From: Kiritimatiellia bacterium
Lineage (GTDB): Bacteria > Verrucomicrobiota > Kiritimatiellia > RFP12 > JAAYLN01
Reading direction: 5' to 3'
DNA: 48,636 nucleotides
NCBI GenBank assembly: GCA_017458965.1
Contig: JAFSZJ010000048.1
Coordinates: 1 to 48,636 of the forward strand
The translations under genes and the position numbers were made by a program. Shown here piece by piece: positions 28,301 through 36,379 of the stretch. The notes under the pieces were generated by a model that made no database searches, was not told the origin of the DNA, and was given only the letters and a program-made list of their open reading frames with translations. Within the stretch, counting starts at the first letter, position 1, and every line of letters starts with the position of its first letter.

Positions 28301-28792
28301 TCATCCGCGCCGCTCCGGCGTCGCACGCGGCGCGAGTGTTACGGCGTTGCGGCGTGCGAGCTGAGATATGAACGCTATCACGGCGTCCTCCATGGCGGAT
28401 ACGGCGCATCCGACTTGCCCGGCCAGAGCCGCGGAGATATCCGCCACGGTACGCGAGCCGTCGATGAGCTCCACCGTCCTGCGTCCCATGTCGTCAAGGA
28501 CAAGCTTGTGGCGACGGGGACGCGATGGGTTCAGGAACACCTTCGGGATGCGACGCGCGCTCCGAGGCGGCGCCATCTGCTCTGGCGTCAGATCCCATTG
28601 GAGAGTACACCCATACCGTTTCTCGGCGACGCGTTCCACGCTCGGATGCAGCGCAGGAACAGACGACAGGATGGTCGCCCTGTCGATGGCGCGGTAGCCG
28701 TCGGGAACGGTCTTCTGCGGCTGTTCGCCACCAATACCCAGGAATTTTCCAAGCCAACGGAACATCTTCCTCAATCTCCTCCAGCCCGTCAT
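28301..28792 (-). CDS. PqqD-family (RRE-like) protein, orphan
   Basis: ATG at 28792 (or 28765). The C-terminal ~70 aa, LVLDDMGRRTVELIDGSRTVADISAALAGQVGCAVSAMEDAVIAFISQLARRNAV, fit the PqqD winged-helix pattern. No radical-SAM or precursor gene is nearby. Confidence 0.6.
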   Translation of the reverse strand: MTGWRRLRKMFRWLGKFLGIGGEQPQKTVPDGYRAIDRATILSSVPALHPSVERVAEKRYGCTLQWDLTPEQMAPPRSARRIPKVFLNPSRPRRHKLVLDDMGRRTVELIDGSRTVADISAALAGQVGCAVSAMEDAVIAFISQLARRNAVTLAPRATPERRG

Positions 28793-28804
28793 CACCCGCC
28801 GGCA

Positions 28805-29890
28805 TCACCTGCGATCGGCGAGAAGGGCTACGGCAGCCTTGTACGTGCCGTGAGGCCCATAATACTCCCTTGGCACGGACATCGCCTCGTCAAGTGACGC
28901 AAACGCGCTTTCGGCCGTGGCTCGCAGCTCCGGGTGCATGACGGCTTCCTGGCGCAACCTCGACGCCGCCATGGCGGTAAGGGCAGCGTTGCCCTCGCGT
29001 GGCGCGTACCTGTCGTCCATCATGCCGCGGTAGTCGAACATCCCGCGACGACCTTCGCGGCGAAGCCATGCCATGCCGCGCCGGAGATGTCCGCCGCCAT
29101 CCGTCCATCCGGCATCTCGCGCCTTGAGGAGGATCGCCACCTGCCACAGCGTCATGGAGGCGTCCCCGCCACCCCACGACCCGGTGTTGTCCTGGCTGGC
29201 GAGCGAGAAGCCGATCGCCTTGCGGATCTCGTCCGAAATCCCAGCGCCATTTGAGGCGGCATGGCCGAGCAGCGCGAATGTCGCGAACGAATGGTTGTAG
29301 AGCGCGACGCGCGTAGAGCTACCGAACGCTCCGTCGTCCGACTGCATACTTAGCAGCGCCTGCTCGGCGCGGCATATGGACTTCTGGTGGCGAAGATGCG
29401 AATGCCGTTCAAGAGCCATCAGAGCAAGCGCCGTAAGGGCCGGTCTGTACACCTCGCGCCCGCCGGTGGCGGACGGAGACCAGGAACCGTCCGCGTCCTG
29501 CAGTTCCACGAGCCTGTCGGCGGCGACATCGGCCGCGCCATGGGGTGCGTTCCGGCCGCCAAGGGGCAAAGGCGGGGCCAACAGCGCGACAAGGCATGCG
29601 GCGACCCCGCATGCGACAGCCGCGACGCGGACGATGCGCCAGCGTCTTTCGACCGCTTCCCGACGGCGCTCCTCCCTGACGGCCGCCATGACGCGCCCGG
29701 CGAGTCCAGGGGAAGCCTCGCGCCATGTCTCCATGGCGGACAGGCGCTCCCGCATCGCCTCGATCCCGACGGCCTCCATCACTTCGTTCGTAAGCCCCGG
29801 AGACGGGGACACGGCACCGGCGGCGGCAAGGCGGCGGACCGCATTGGCCGTCACTTCGGGGAAATCATCGTCATTTGTCGATCCGCTCAT
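28805..29890 (-). CDS. single-pass membrane protein with prenyltransferase/squalene-cyclase-like repeats; putative anti-sigma factor by position
   Basis: ATG 29890 (TTG 29896), overlapping the sigma-factor stop by 20 nt. TM helix IVRVAAVACGVAACLVALLAPP. Repeats DADGSWSP, MQSDDGAFGS and QDNTGSWGGG. The N-terminal domain has no zf-HC2 motif, so the anti-sigma role is inferred only from gene order. Confidence 0.6.
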   Translation of the reverse strand: MSGSTNDDDFPEVTANAVRRLAAAGAVSPSPGLTNEVMEAVGIEAMRERLSAMETWREASPGLAGRVMAAVREERRREAVERRWRIVRVAAVACGVAACLVALLAPPLPLGGRNAPHGAADVAADRLVELQDADGSWSPSATGGREVYRPALTALALMALERHSHLRHQKSICRAEQALLSMQSDDGAFGSSTRVALYNHSFATFALLGHAASNGAGISDEIRKAIGFSLASQDNTGSWGGGDASMTLWQVAILLKARDAGWTDGGGHLRRGMAWLRREGRRGMFDYRGMMDDRYAPREGNAALTAMAASRLRQEAVMHPELRATAESAFASLDEAMSVPREYYGPHGTYKAAVALLADRR

Positions 29891-30437
29891 CGCCAAGTAT
29901 CCGTCTCAGGGCCTTCAGGGCATGGAACATCCGGGACTTAACAGTGCCGACGGGCACCCCCGTGATCTCCGCCACCTCCGCGTACGGAAGTTCCTGGAGC
30001 ACCCCCAGCACAACGACCTCCCTGTGGGCGTTGGAAAGCTTGCAAAGCGCGGCCTGCAAGTCGTCCGCCAGCCCGTCGTAGGGCGCCTCCGTGGACACCG
30101 GCTCTTCAACGCCTTCATCCGCCATTAGCCGCTCTCGCAGCACTTTGGCGCGGATGCGTTTCCGCACCTCGTCCACCCTGACCTGCCGCGCCAGAAGGTA
30201 TAGGAAGGTCGTGAACTTCGCCCTTGGCGAATACCTCTCGCGATAGCGGTAGAGCCTGACAAAGGTCTGCTGAACCAGATCCTCGGCATCGGTGTAAACG
30301 CCGGATCTCCTGAAAAAGTTCAAAAGGGGTGTCTGATGACGGACGACCAGCGCCTCGAACGACCTCATGTCGCCTTTCGCCGCCGCCATCATGAGCGCGG
30401 CATCGTCATCAGCAGGATCGTCGGATCGTTCAATCAT
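29871..30437 (-). CDS. ECF-type RNA polymerase sigma-70 family factor
   Basis: Region 2 is FEALVVRHQTPLLNFFRR...LVQQTFVRLYRYRERY. Region 4 is LPYAEVAEITGVPVGTVKSRMFHALKALR. ATG 30437 overlaps the scpB stop by 8 nt (the track start at 30449 is TTG). Confidence 0.88.
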   Translation of the reverse strand: MIERSDDPADDDAALMMAAAKGDMRSFEALVVRHQTPLLNFFRRSGVYTDAEDLVQQTFVRLYRYRERYSPRAKFTTFLYLLARQVRVDEVRKRIRAKVLRERLMADEGVEEPVSTEAPYDGLADDLQAALCKLSNAHREVVVLGVLQELPYAEVAEITGVPVGTVKSRMFHALKALRRILGDERIDK

Positions 30438-30461
30438 CGGATCGTTCAATCATCGGATCGT
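30421..30461. repeat. 16-bp tandem duplication (tcggatcgttcaatca x2, plus a 9-nt partial third copy) spanning the scpB stop and the sigma-factor start
   Basis: Copies at 30421-30436 and 30437-30452 are identical, and 30453-30461 repeats the first 9 nt. Both proteins therefore encode PMIERSDD. Confidence 0.9.
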
Positions 30462-31170
30462 CAGACTTCGTCTCTTCGACTTTCGGATCTTCGACCTTGG
30501 GTCCCTCGACTTCAGCCTCTGGCACCGCATCGGACGATGCCCCGGACGATGCCAGCGGCAGCTCCGGAGGCTTGGACTCCCTGCGGCCGAGCGTCGGGTC
30601 GATCTCCTTCAACTCGGCAAGGTCCTTCAGGCCGAAATGCTCGAGGAAAAGGGGTGTGGTCCCATAGAGGAACGGGCGCCCTGGGAGATCGCTCCTACCG
30701 ACGATGCGCACAAGATGCAGTTCCATCAGCTGGCGGACGGAGTGATCCACGGCGACGCCGCGTATGCCCTCTATCTCGGAACGGGCCACGGGCTGGCGGT
30801 AGGCGATGATGGCAAGCGTCTCGAGAGACGGACGTGAGAGGAGGGCCGGCTTATCCTTCTTGAGAAGCGCACGCACCCAGCGTCCGCAACCTGCCTGCGT
30901 CTGGAAGCGGTAGCCGCCGGCGACCTCCTCCAGCGCGACGCCCAGACCCAGCCGTTCGAGGTCCTGCTGGATGTCCAGTATCGCAGATTGCACCTCGCGC
31001 ACGGACACGCCGCGGAATGGCGGCTTGGTCCCGTCCTCCGCGTCCGGCATGTCCTTAAGGCACTTGCGTATCGCGTCGGCGTCTATCGGCACGGGGCTGG
31101 AGAATATCAGCGCCCCGACCACCTGCGTCAAGCTCGACGCGACAGGTTGCATTGGATCCGATTCAGGCAT
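30430..31170 (-). CDS. scpB: segregation and condensation protein B
   Basis: Motifs LETLAIIAYRQPVARSEIEGIRGV and VRQLMELHLVRIVGR. Acidic repetitive tail EVEGPKVEDPKVEE. The start overlaps the scpA stop by 8 nt. Confidence 0.9.
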   Translation of the reverse strand: MPESDPMQPVASSLTQVVGALIFSSPVPIDADAIRKCLKDMPDAEDGTKPPFRGVSVREVQSAILDIQQDLERLGLGVALEEVAGGYRFQTQAGCGRWVRALLKKDKPALLSRPSLETLAIIAYRQPVARSEIEGIRGVAVDHSVRQLMELHLVRIVGRSDLPGRPFLYGTTPLFLEHFGLKDLAELKEIDPTLGRRESKPPELPLASSGASSDAVPEAEVEGPKVEDPKVEETKSDDPMIERSDD

Positions 31171-31975
31171 CGCTCACCTCGTAATCGTCGCCGCCCTCGA
31201 TCACGGTGCCTGGCGGCGGTTGGCACACGAGTATCTCCGCGAATGGCTCGTTCTGGCGCACCGCCACGCGGTGGCGTTTCAGAAGTTCGAGAAGCGCGAG
31301 GAACGAGACGATCACCTCCCCGCGCGGGGAATCGGGCGCGAAGAGCCTGGAGAACGGCATTCCGCCCGGGTGTTCGGGGAGCGCCTCCTCGATGAGGTGC
31401 ATCTTCTCGGGGACGCTCCAGATTATCGGCTTGAGCTGCCCGAGCGGCATGACCGGCGCGCGCTTCAGCGCCTCCTGGAATGCGCCGAGGAGATCGAAGA
31501 GCCCGATGTCGGCAAGGCGGGGTGCCGTCTGGTCGGCATCGGAGAGGGCCACCTCGCCGCCGAAGAGATAGCGGTCGGACTGGGCGAACTCCTTCGCGCC
31601 AAGCGACATCGAAGCGTCCTTGAACTTCTTGTACTCGACGAGCTGGCGGACGAGCTCCATCCTCGGATCGTCCTCCTCCTCGTCCTCCTCCTCGCCCGGT
31701 CGGCTCTCGACCGGCAGAAGCGTCCTGCTCTTTATCAGCATCAGCGAGGAGGCCATCACAATGAACTCGCCCGCCACGTCGAGGTCGAGCATGCGCATCA
31801 TCTCCAGATACTCCATGTACTGGGAGGTTATGCGCTCGATGCTGATGTCGCAGATGTCCACCTCGTCCTTGCGCACGAGGTACAGCAAAAGATCAAGCGG
31901 CCCCTCGAACACATCGAGGTCCACCTTGTACTCCGCCTTTTCCGGCGCCTTTGTATCATTCGCCTCTTCGGACAT
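31163..31975 (-). CDS. scpA: segregation and condensation protein A
   Basis: 270 aa. FEGPLDLLLYLVRKDEVDICDISI near the N-terminus and EVIVSFLALLELLK near the C-terminus. Confidence 0.9.
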   Translation of the reverse strand: MSEEANDTKAPEKAEYKVDLDVFEGPLDLLLYLVRKDEVDICDISIERITSQYMEYLEMMRMLDLDVAGEFIVMASSLMLIKSRTLLPVESRPGEEEDEEEDDPRMELVRQLVEYKKFKDASMSLGAKEFAQSDRYLFGGEVALSDADQTAPRLADIGLFDLLGAFQEALKRAPVMPLGQLKPIIWSVPEKMHLIEEALPEHPGGMPFSRLFAPDSPRGEVIVSFLALLELLKRHRVAVRQNEPFAEILVCQPPPGTVIEGGDDYEVSDA

Positions 31976-31987
31976 GCGCTTTCAAGT

Positions 31988-31996
31988 AGGATACCA
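31988..31996 (-). promoter_or_regulatory. candidate extended -10 promoter (TGgTATCCT) for scpA
   Basis: Minus-strand sequence reads AATTGGTATCCT followed by 12 nt and then ATG 31975. Confidence 0.3.
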
Positions 31997-32054
31997 ATTC
32001 CCCGCCCTGTCGGACAAGCGCGGAATGAAAGCGGGCGTCGCAATCCTTGATTTC

Positions 32055-32070
32055 TGGCACACAATCTGCT
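32055..32070 (+). promoter_or_regulatory. sigma54-type -24/-12 box (TGGCAC-N5-CTGCT) upstream of the OPT-like/FtsX/ABC operon
   Basis: Best match in the window to TGGCAC-N5-TTGCW, with GG-N10-GC kept. It lies 41 nt upstream of ATG 32112. A TATACT hexamer at 32075-32080 allows an alternative sigma70 reading. Confidence 0.45.
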
Positions 32071-32111
32071 TGAATATACTGGAATGCGTTGCCAGTCCAA
32101 AGGCGGCGCCC

Positions 32112-34346
32112 ATGTCAGGATTTACCCGGAGCCAAGAGATGGCAAGAGCCAAAGCAGACAAGGAACTCGAGCAATACCGCAACCTGCTCGACACGCCAAG
32201 CAAGTTCGAGGACGGATTCGGCTGGACGACGATAGCCGGCATCCTGTTCTGCGGCCTCATCATGACGCCTGGCGCGATCTACCTCGGCCTCATGACCGGT
32301 GGCAACATCGCGTCCGCCGCGACTTGGGTGACGGTCATCCTATTCAGCGAGATCACCCGCCGCGCCCTCAAGACGATGACGAAGGGCAACCTCATCGTCC
32401 TGCTCTACGCGGCCGGCATCATCATGGGCTACGCCGCCATGGGGCCGGCCGGTTCGCTCGTCAACCGCGCGTACCTCGTCACCTCCGACGCCGCGCGCGA
32501 CATGGGCATGCGCGACTACTTCCCGACATGGTGGTGCCCGAAGCCCGACAGCCCCGCCATCACCGAGCGCAACCTCTTCCACCACGACTGGCTCATACCC
32601 GCCCTCATCATCGCCTTCTCGTACGTGACCAGCGTGATCAACCGCTACACGATCGGCTACTTCTTCTTCCGCCTCTGCTCCGACGTCGAGCGGCTCCCCT
32701 TCCCCATGGCGCCGATTTCCGCGCAGGGATCGCTCGCCCTCGCCGAATCGACCATGAAGCCCGAGGACCTCGAGAAGCAGGAGGCCGAACTCGATGAGGA
32801 GGGTCACAAGCCTCTCCCAAAGTGGCGCATCTTCTCGCTCGGCGCACTGATCGGCATAGCCTTCGGCTTCGTCCAGGTCGGCGTCCCGGCGATCACCGGC
32901 CTCTTCCTCGACCAGCCGATCTTCCTCATCCCGCAGCCGTACCTCGACACGACGACGATGACCGAGGCCATCCTCCCCGCCACACCGACAGGCGTCATCA
33001 TCGACCCGGGCATCATCATCACCGGCATGGTCCTGCCATTCTGGGCGATCATGGGTTCCTTTGCAGCGATCCTCGTTACGCTGATCGTCAACCCGATCCT
33101 CCACGCCTCGGAGATCCTCGTCCAGTGGCAGCCAGGCATGAACACCGTCAACGCCACGTTCGTCAACTCCATCGACTTCTGGATGTCCTTCGGCTTCGGC
33201 ACCTCGGCCGCAATCGCCGTCATTTCGGTCTTCTCGACCGTCCGCGACGTCATCCGCCGCGGCATCGAGGCGCGGAAACAGGCAGGCACGGCGATGTCGG
33301 CGCTCAGCGAGCGCGACCGCGCCGTCGGCTCCCTCTGGAAGACTCCTGACGTCGGGCGCGGCGACTGGCCGATCTGGCTTTGCATAGTCGGCTACGTCAT
33401 ATCGTCGACGGCCATGGTCTGGCTCTGCAACCACCTCATCCCGGGCATCCTCGGCTTCCTTATCTTCTTCGTCTGCTTCTACAACCCCTTCATCTCCTAT
33501 GTCAACGCCCGTCTAACGGGCCTCACCGGCCAGGCGGTCGCCATCCCGTTCGTCCGTGAAGGCTGCTTCATCCTCTCCGGCTACAACAAGCTCGACATCT
33601 GGCTCGCGCCGGTGCCCATCACCGACTACGGCGGAATGGCGCAGGGCCTCCGCATCAACGAGCTCACCGGCGTCAAGTTCCGCTCCATGGTCTTCGCCGA
33701 CCTCGTGGCCGTCCCGACCGCCTTCATCCTCTCCTTCTTCTTCTGGGGCTTCATCTGGAAGGCCAACGCCATCCCGTCCGACATCTACCCGGCGGCCCAG
33801 CTCAACTGGGAGCTCGCGGCCAAATCGACGACCCTCCTCTACTCGGCCACATTCCACCCGGAGAGCGAGAACGGGCAGGATGTGCAGGATGTCCAGGATG
33901 TCCAGAATGTCCAGAATGTCCAAGACGCCCAGGGTGCCCAGGCCGTTCATGAGGAGGCGGCCAGGGATGATGGCAGGGCGAGCATGACGGAGTCGATGAA
34001 CCGCTTCGCGGACACGGAGTTCGCCAAGGCGCTCCATCCCAAGGTCATCGGCGTAGCCGCGGCGCTCACGACGATCCTGTTCATAGTCTTTTCGTCCTTC
34101 GGTCTTCCGACGCTATTCATCTACGGCATGATCCGAGGCTTCGGCGCCCTGCCACACGGCATGGTGCTTGAGATAATCGGCGCCTTCCTCGGCCGCTGGT
34201 ACTTCCAGAAGAAGTTCGGCAAGAAGAACTTCCTCCGCAGCGCACCGGCAGTCGCCGCCGGCTATGCCACGGGCGTAGGCCTCATCGGCATGCTCACGAT
34301 CGCGATGACGCTCATCAAGAACGCCGTCTCAAGCGCTCCATTCTGA
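32112..34346 (+). CDS. large polytopic membrane protein, OPT-superfamily-like, family not recognised
   Basis: About 740 aa with many hydrophobic helices. The N-terminal helix pair GWTTIAGILFCGLIMTPGAIYLGLMTGGNIASAATWVTVILFSEI recalls OPT transporters. ATG 32112, or ATG 32139 with GGAG 7 nt upstream. The 31620-32111 part of the track ORF is antisense to scpA and was discarded. Confidence 0.8.
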   Translation: MSGFTRSQEMARAKADKELEQYRNLLDTPSKFEDGFGWTTIAGILFCGLIMTPGAIYLGLMTGGNIASAATWVTVILFSEITRRALKTMTKGNLIVLLYAAGIIMGYAAMGPAGSLVNRAYLVTSDAARDMGMRDYFPTWWCPKPDSPAITERNLFHHDWLIPALIIAFSYVTSVINRYTIGYFFFRLCSDVERLPFPMAPISAQGSLALAESTMKPEDLEKQEAELDEEGHKPLPKWRIFSLGALIGIAFGFVQVGVPAITGLFLDQPIFLIPQPYLDTTTMTEAILPATPTGVIIDPGIIITGMVLPFWAIMGSFAAILVTLIVNPILHASEILVQWQPGMNTVNATFVNSIDFWMSFGFGTSAAIAVISVFSTVRDVIRRGIEARKQAGTAMSALSERDRAVGSLWKTPDVGRGDWPIWLCIVGYVISSTAMVWLCNHLIPGILGFLIFFVCFYNPFISYVNARLTGLTGQAVAIPFVREGCFILSGYNKLDIWLAPVPITDYGGMAQGLRINELTGVKFRSMVFADLVAVPTAFILSFFFWGFIWKANAIPSDIYPAAQLNWELAAKSTTLLYSATFHPESENGQDVQDVQDVQNVQNVQDAQGAQAVHEEAARDDGRASMTESMNRFADTEFAKALHPKVIGVAAALTTILFIVFSSFGLPTLFIYGMIRGFGALPHGMVLEIIGAFLGRWYFQKKFGKKNFLRSAPAVAAGYATGVGLIGMLTIAMTLIKNAVSSAPF
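33876..33947 (+). repeat. in-frame 9-nt tandem repeat (caggatgtc and variants, about 8 units) encoding QDV/QNV/QDA repeats
   Basis: Sequence reads caggatgtg caggatgtc caggatgtc cagaatgtc cagaatgtc caagacgcc cagggtgcc caggccgtt, within a hydrophilic loop of the OPT-like protein. Confidence 0.9.
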
Positions 34347-34360
34347 TCCGGACACACATC

Positions 34361-35431
34361 ATGAACCAGCAATCCGACAGAACCAGGATCCCAGACCAGG
34401 TCCGACTTCCATTGTCCGTCGCCTTCGGCGTCGTCATCCAGGGTCTCCGCATACGAATCGGCCGTTCGGTCGTCACCATCACCGGCGTGACGTGCGGCAT
34501 CGCGTTCCTCATGTCGATCCTCACTGGCCAACTCGTGAAGATGGGCGTCACGGACGAGGATGCCACGCGCGCCGAGGTGGGGCGCGTCATCTCCTTCGTC
34601 CGCTCCGACCTCCCCAAGCTCCAGGACAAGTCGATCTCCGTCGTGGGGTCCGGGACGCTCAGCGAGGTCGAGACGCGTGTCCTCGAGACGATATCACGCG
34701 ACTTCGGCATAGCCTCGCTCTCATTCGAGCAGGGCAAGTCCCCAGCCCTCCCGCGCAAGGCGTCGGCCGCTGTGTCCGCCGCCGCTTCCGCGCCATCGGC
34801 CTCGGTGGCCAATGCCGACGTTGTGTTCCTCATGGGTGGCTCGGACATCCCGCGGCAAGACTGGAAACCATTCCTCGACGGCGACCTCAACCGCGTCATA
34901 GCATCTACGATCCTCGAGGCCGACGCGTCGACCGTCGGAATCGCGGAGGAGCGCTTCGCCAAGCTGGCCCGAGTCCTTACCGAGGAGGAGCTGGCGAAGA
35001 TTGAGAAGAACAAGCGCAAGGAGCGCTTCCGCGCCATATGGATCGGGGTCATCTCGCTTCTCGTCACCGTCATCGGCATCACGAACGCGATGCTCATGTC
35101 CGTGACGGAGCGCTTCCGCGAGATCGGCACGATGAAGTGCCTCGGCGCCCTCTCCTCCTTCGTGACGCGCATGTTCGTCATGGAGGCGTCGCTGATGGGC
35201 CTTGTCGGCGGCATCGCCGGCGCGATCTTCGGCGCTCTCTTCGCCATAATCATCTACACCTTCACCTACGGCGCGAACCTGGTATTCAGCTCGCTGCCAA
35301 TGGTGTCAGTGCTCATATTCGGGCTGCTGTCGGTCGCGGCGGGCGTGGTGCTCTCCGTCGTCGCCGCCCTCTACCCGGCCCGCGTCGCGGCCTCCATGGT
35401 CCCGGCCACGGCTCTCCGTTCAACGATCTAG
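34361..35431 (+). CDS. FtsX/MacB-type ABC permease (4 TM, ~170-aa loop between TM1 and TM2)
   Basis: 356 aa. TM1 VVTITGVTCGIAFLMSIL. FtsX domain ITNAMLMSVTERFREIGTMKCLGA...LYPARVAASMVPATALR. Starts 14 nt after the upstream stop. Confidence 0.88.
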   Translation: MNQQSDRTRIPDQVRLPLSVAFGVVIQGLRIRIGRSVVTITGVTCGIAFLMSILTGQLVKMGVTDEDATRAEVGRVISFVRSDLPKLQDKSISVVGSGTLSEVETRVLETISRDFGIASLSFEQGKSPALPRKASAAVSAAASAPSASVANADVVFLMGGSDIPRQDWKPFLDGDLNRVIASTILEADASTVGIAEERFAKLARVLTEEELAKIEKNKRKERFRAIWIGVISLLVTVIGITNAMLMSVTERFREIGTMKCLGALSSFVTRMFVMEASLMGLVGGIAGAIFGALFAIIIYTFTYGANLVFSSLPMVSVLIFGLLSVAAGVVLSVVAALYPARVAASMVPATALRSTI

Positions 35432-35445
35432 ACGAGGTTACCGCA

Positions 35446-36228
35446 GTGCAGAACCTGGACAGGAAGAAGTTCGACGCCCTCTTCGAGAAGCCGGCCGGCG
35501 ACGAGAAGTCCGTCATCATCCGCGGCGTGGACATCCACAAGGTCTACAAGATGGGCAAGCAGGAGACGCACGCCCTGCGCGGAGCCACGCTCGACGTCTA
35601 TCGCGGCGAGTACCTCTCAATCATGGGTCCGTCGGGCTCCGGCAAATCGACGCTCTTCAACGCCATCGGCGCCCTCCAGAAGCCGACGAGCGGACGCGTG
35701 TACATCGACCAGGTCGATATCGCGCAGCTCGATACCGAGGAGCTCGCCTGGCTGCGCTGCCGCAAGATCGGCTACGTATTCCAGAGCTACAACCTCATCC
35801 AGGTGATGACCTGCCTTGAGAACGTCACGCTCCCGATGTCGTTCGCCGGCCTGTCCTCCGAGGAGGCGCGCGAGAAGGGCATCAAGATCCTCAAGATGGT
35901 CGGTCTCGGCCACCGCATCCTCCACAAGCCGGCCGAACTCTCCGGCGGACAGCAGCAGCGCGTGGCCGTCGCCCGCGCCCTCGCCAACTCGCCCGACATC
36001 ATCCTCGCGGACGAGCCGACGGCCAACCTCGACCAGCACACCGGCCAGGAGATCATCGAGCTCTTCCAGCAGCTCCAGCGCGACCTCGGCGTGACGATCA
36101 TCTCCGCCACGCATGATACAAAGATGCTCAAGGCGTCCGACCGCATCCTCTGGATCGAGGACGGCCGCATCGTCAAGTGCGCCCGCCCGGAGGAGATCGA
36201 CTTCACATCCAGCGAGTTCGGCCACTAG
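35446..36228 (+). CDS. ABC transporter ATP-binding protein (MacB/LolD/FtsE-like)
   Basis: GTG 35446 (GAGG 8 nt upstream); no in-frame ATG precedes the conserved domain. Walker A GPSGSGKST, signature LSGGQQQRV, Walker B ILADEPTANLD, H-loop ATHD. Confidence 0.9.
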   Translation: MQNLDRKKFDALFEKPAGDEKSVIIRGVDIHKVYKMGKQETHALRGATLDVYRGEYLSIMGPSGSGKSTLFNAIGALQKPTSGRVYIDQVDIAQLDTEELAWLRCRKIGYVFQSYNLIQVMTCLENVTLPMSFAGLSSEEAREKGIKILKMVGLGHRILHKPAELSGGQQQRVAVARALANSPDIILADEPTANLDQHTGQEIIELFQQLQRDLGVTIISATHDTKMLKASDRILWIEDGRIVKCARPEEIDFTSSEFGH

Positions 36229-36324
36229 TCCGCTGAACGGGTTGCCGAGCGCAAGGCCAATCCTGGCGCCTCCTAGGCGCAGCCACCATGGGATATCAGG
36301 TGGTTTCCTGCAAGGAATACGCGC

Positions 36325-36353
36325 TTGCAACTCGTTCAATGAAATGCTATCAT
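36325..36353 (+). promoter_or_regulatory. sigma70-type promoter TTGCAA-N17-TATCAT upstream of hisG
   Basis: TTGCAA at 36325-36330 and TATCAT at 36348-36353, in a locally AT-rich stretch 26 nt upstream of ATG 36380. Confidence 0.45.
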
Positions 36354-36379
36354 CATCAAACATTACGCTTGGAAAAGAT

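Noticed and set aside
31620-32111. N-terminal extensions of track ORFs: 31620-32111, 4429-4860, 36113-36379, 39048-39203, 47049-47324, 20661-20678, 21910-22098 and 9037-9144.
   Set aside because: The extensions overlap neighbouring well-supported genes or are junk-like. Conserved N-termini, SD sequences or ATGA-type coupling support the downstream starts used here.
33876-33947. Tandem repeats (here, and also at 30421-30520 and 11869-11973) checked as possible CRISPR or other arrays.
   Set aside because: The units are 9-16 nt, contiguous, without spacers, and lie in-frame inside coding sequences. They are not CRISPR.
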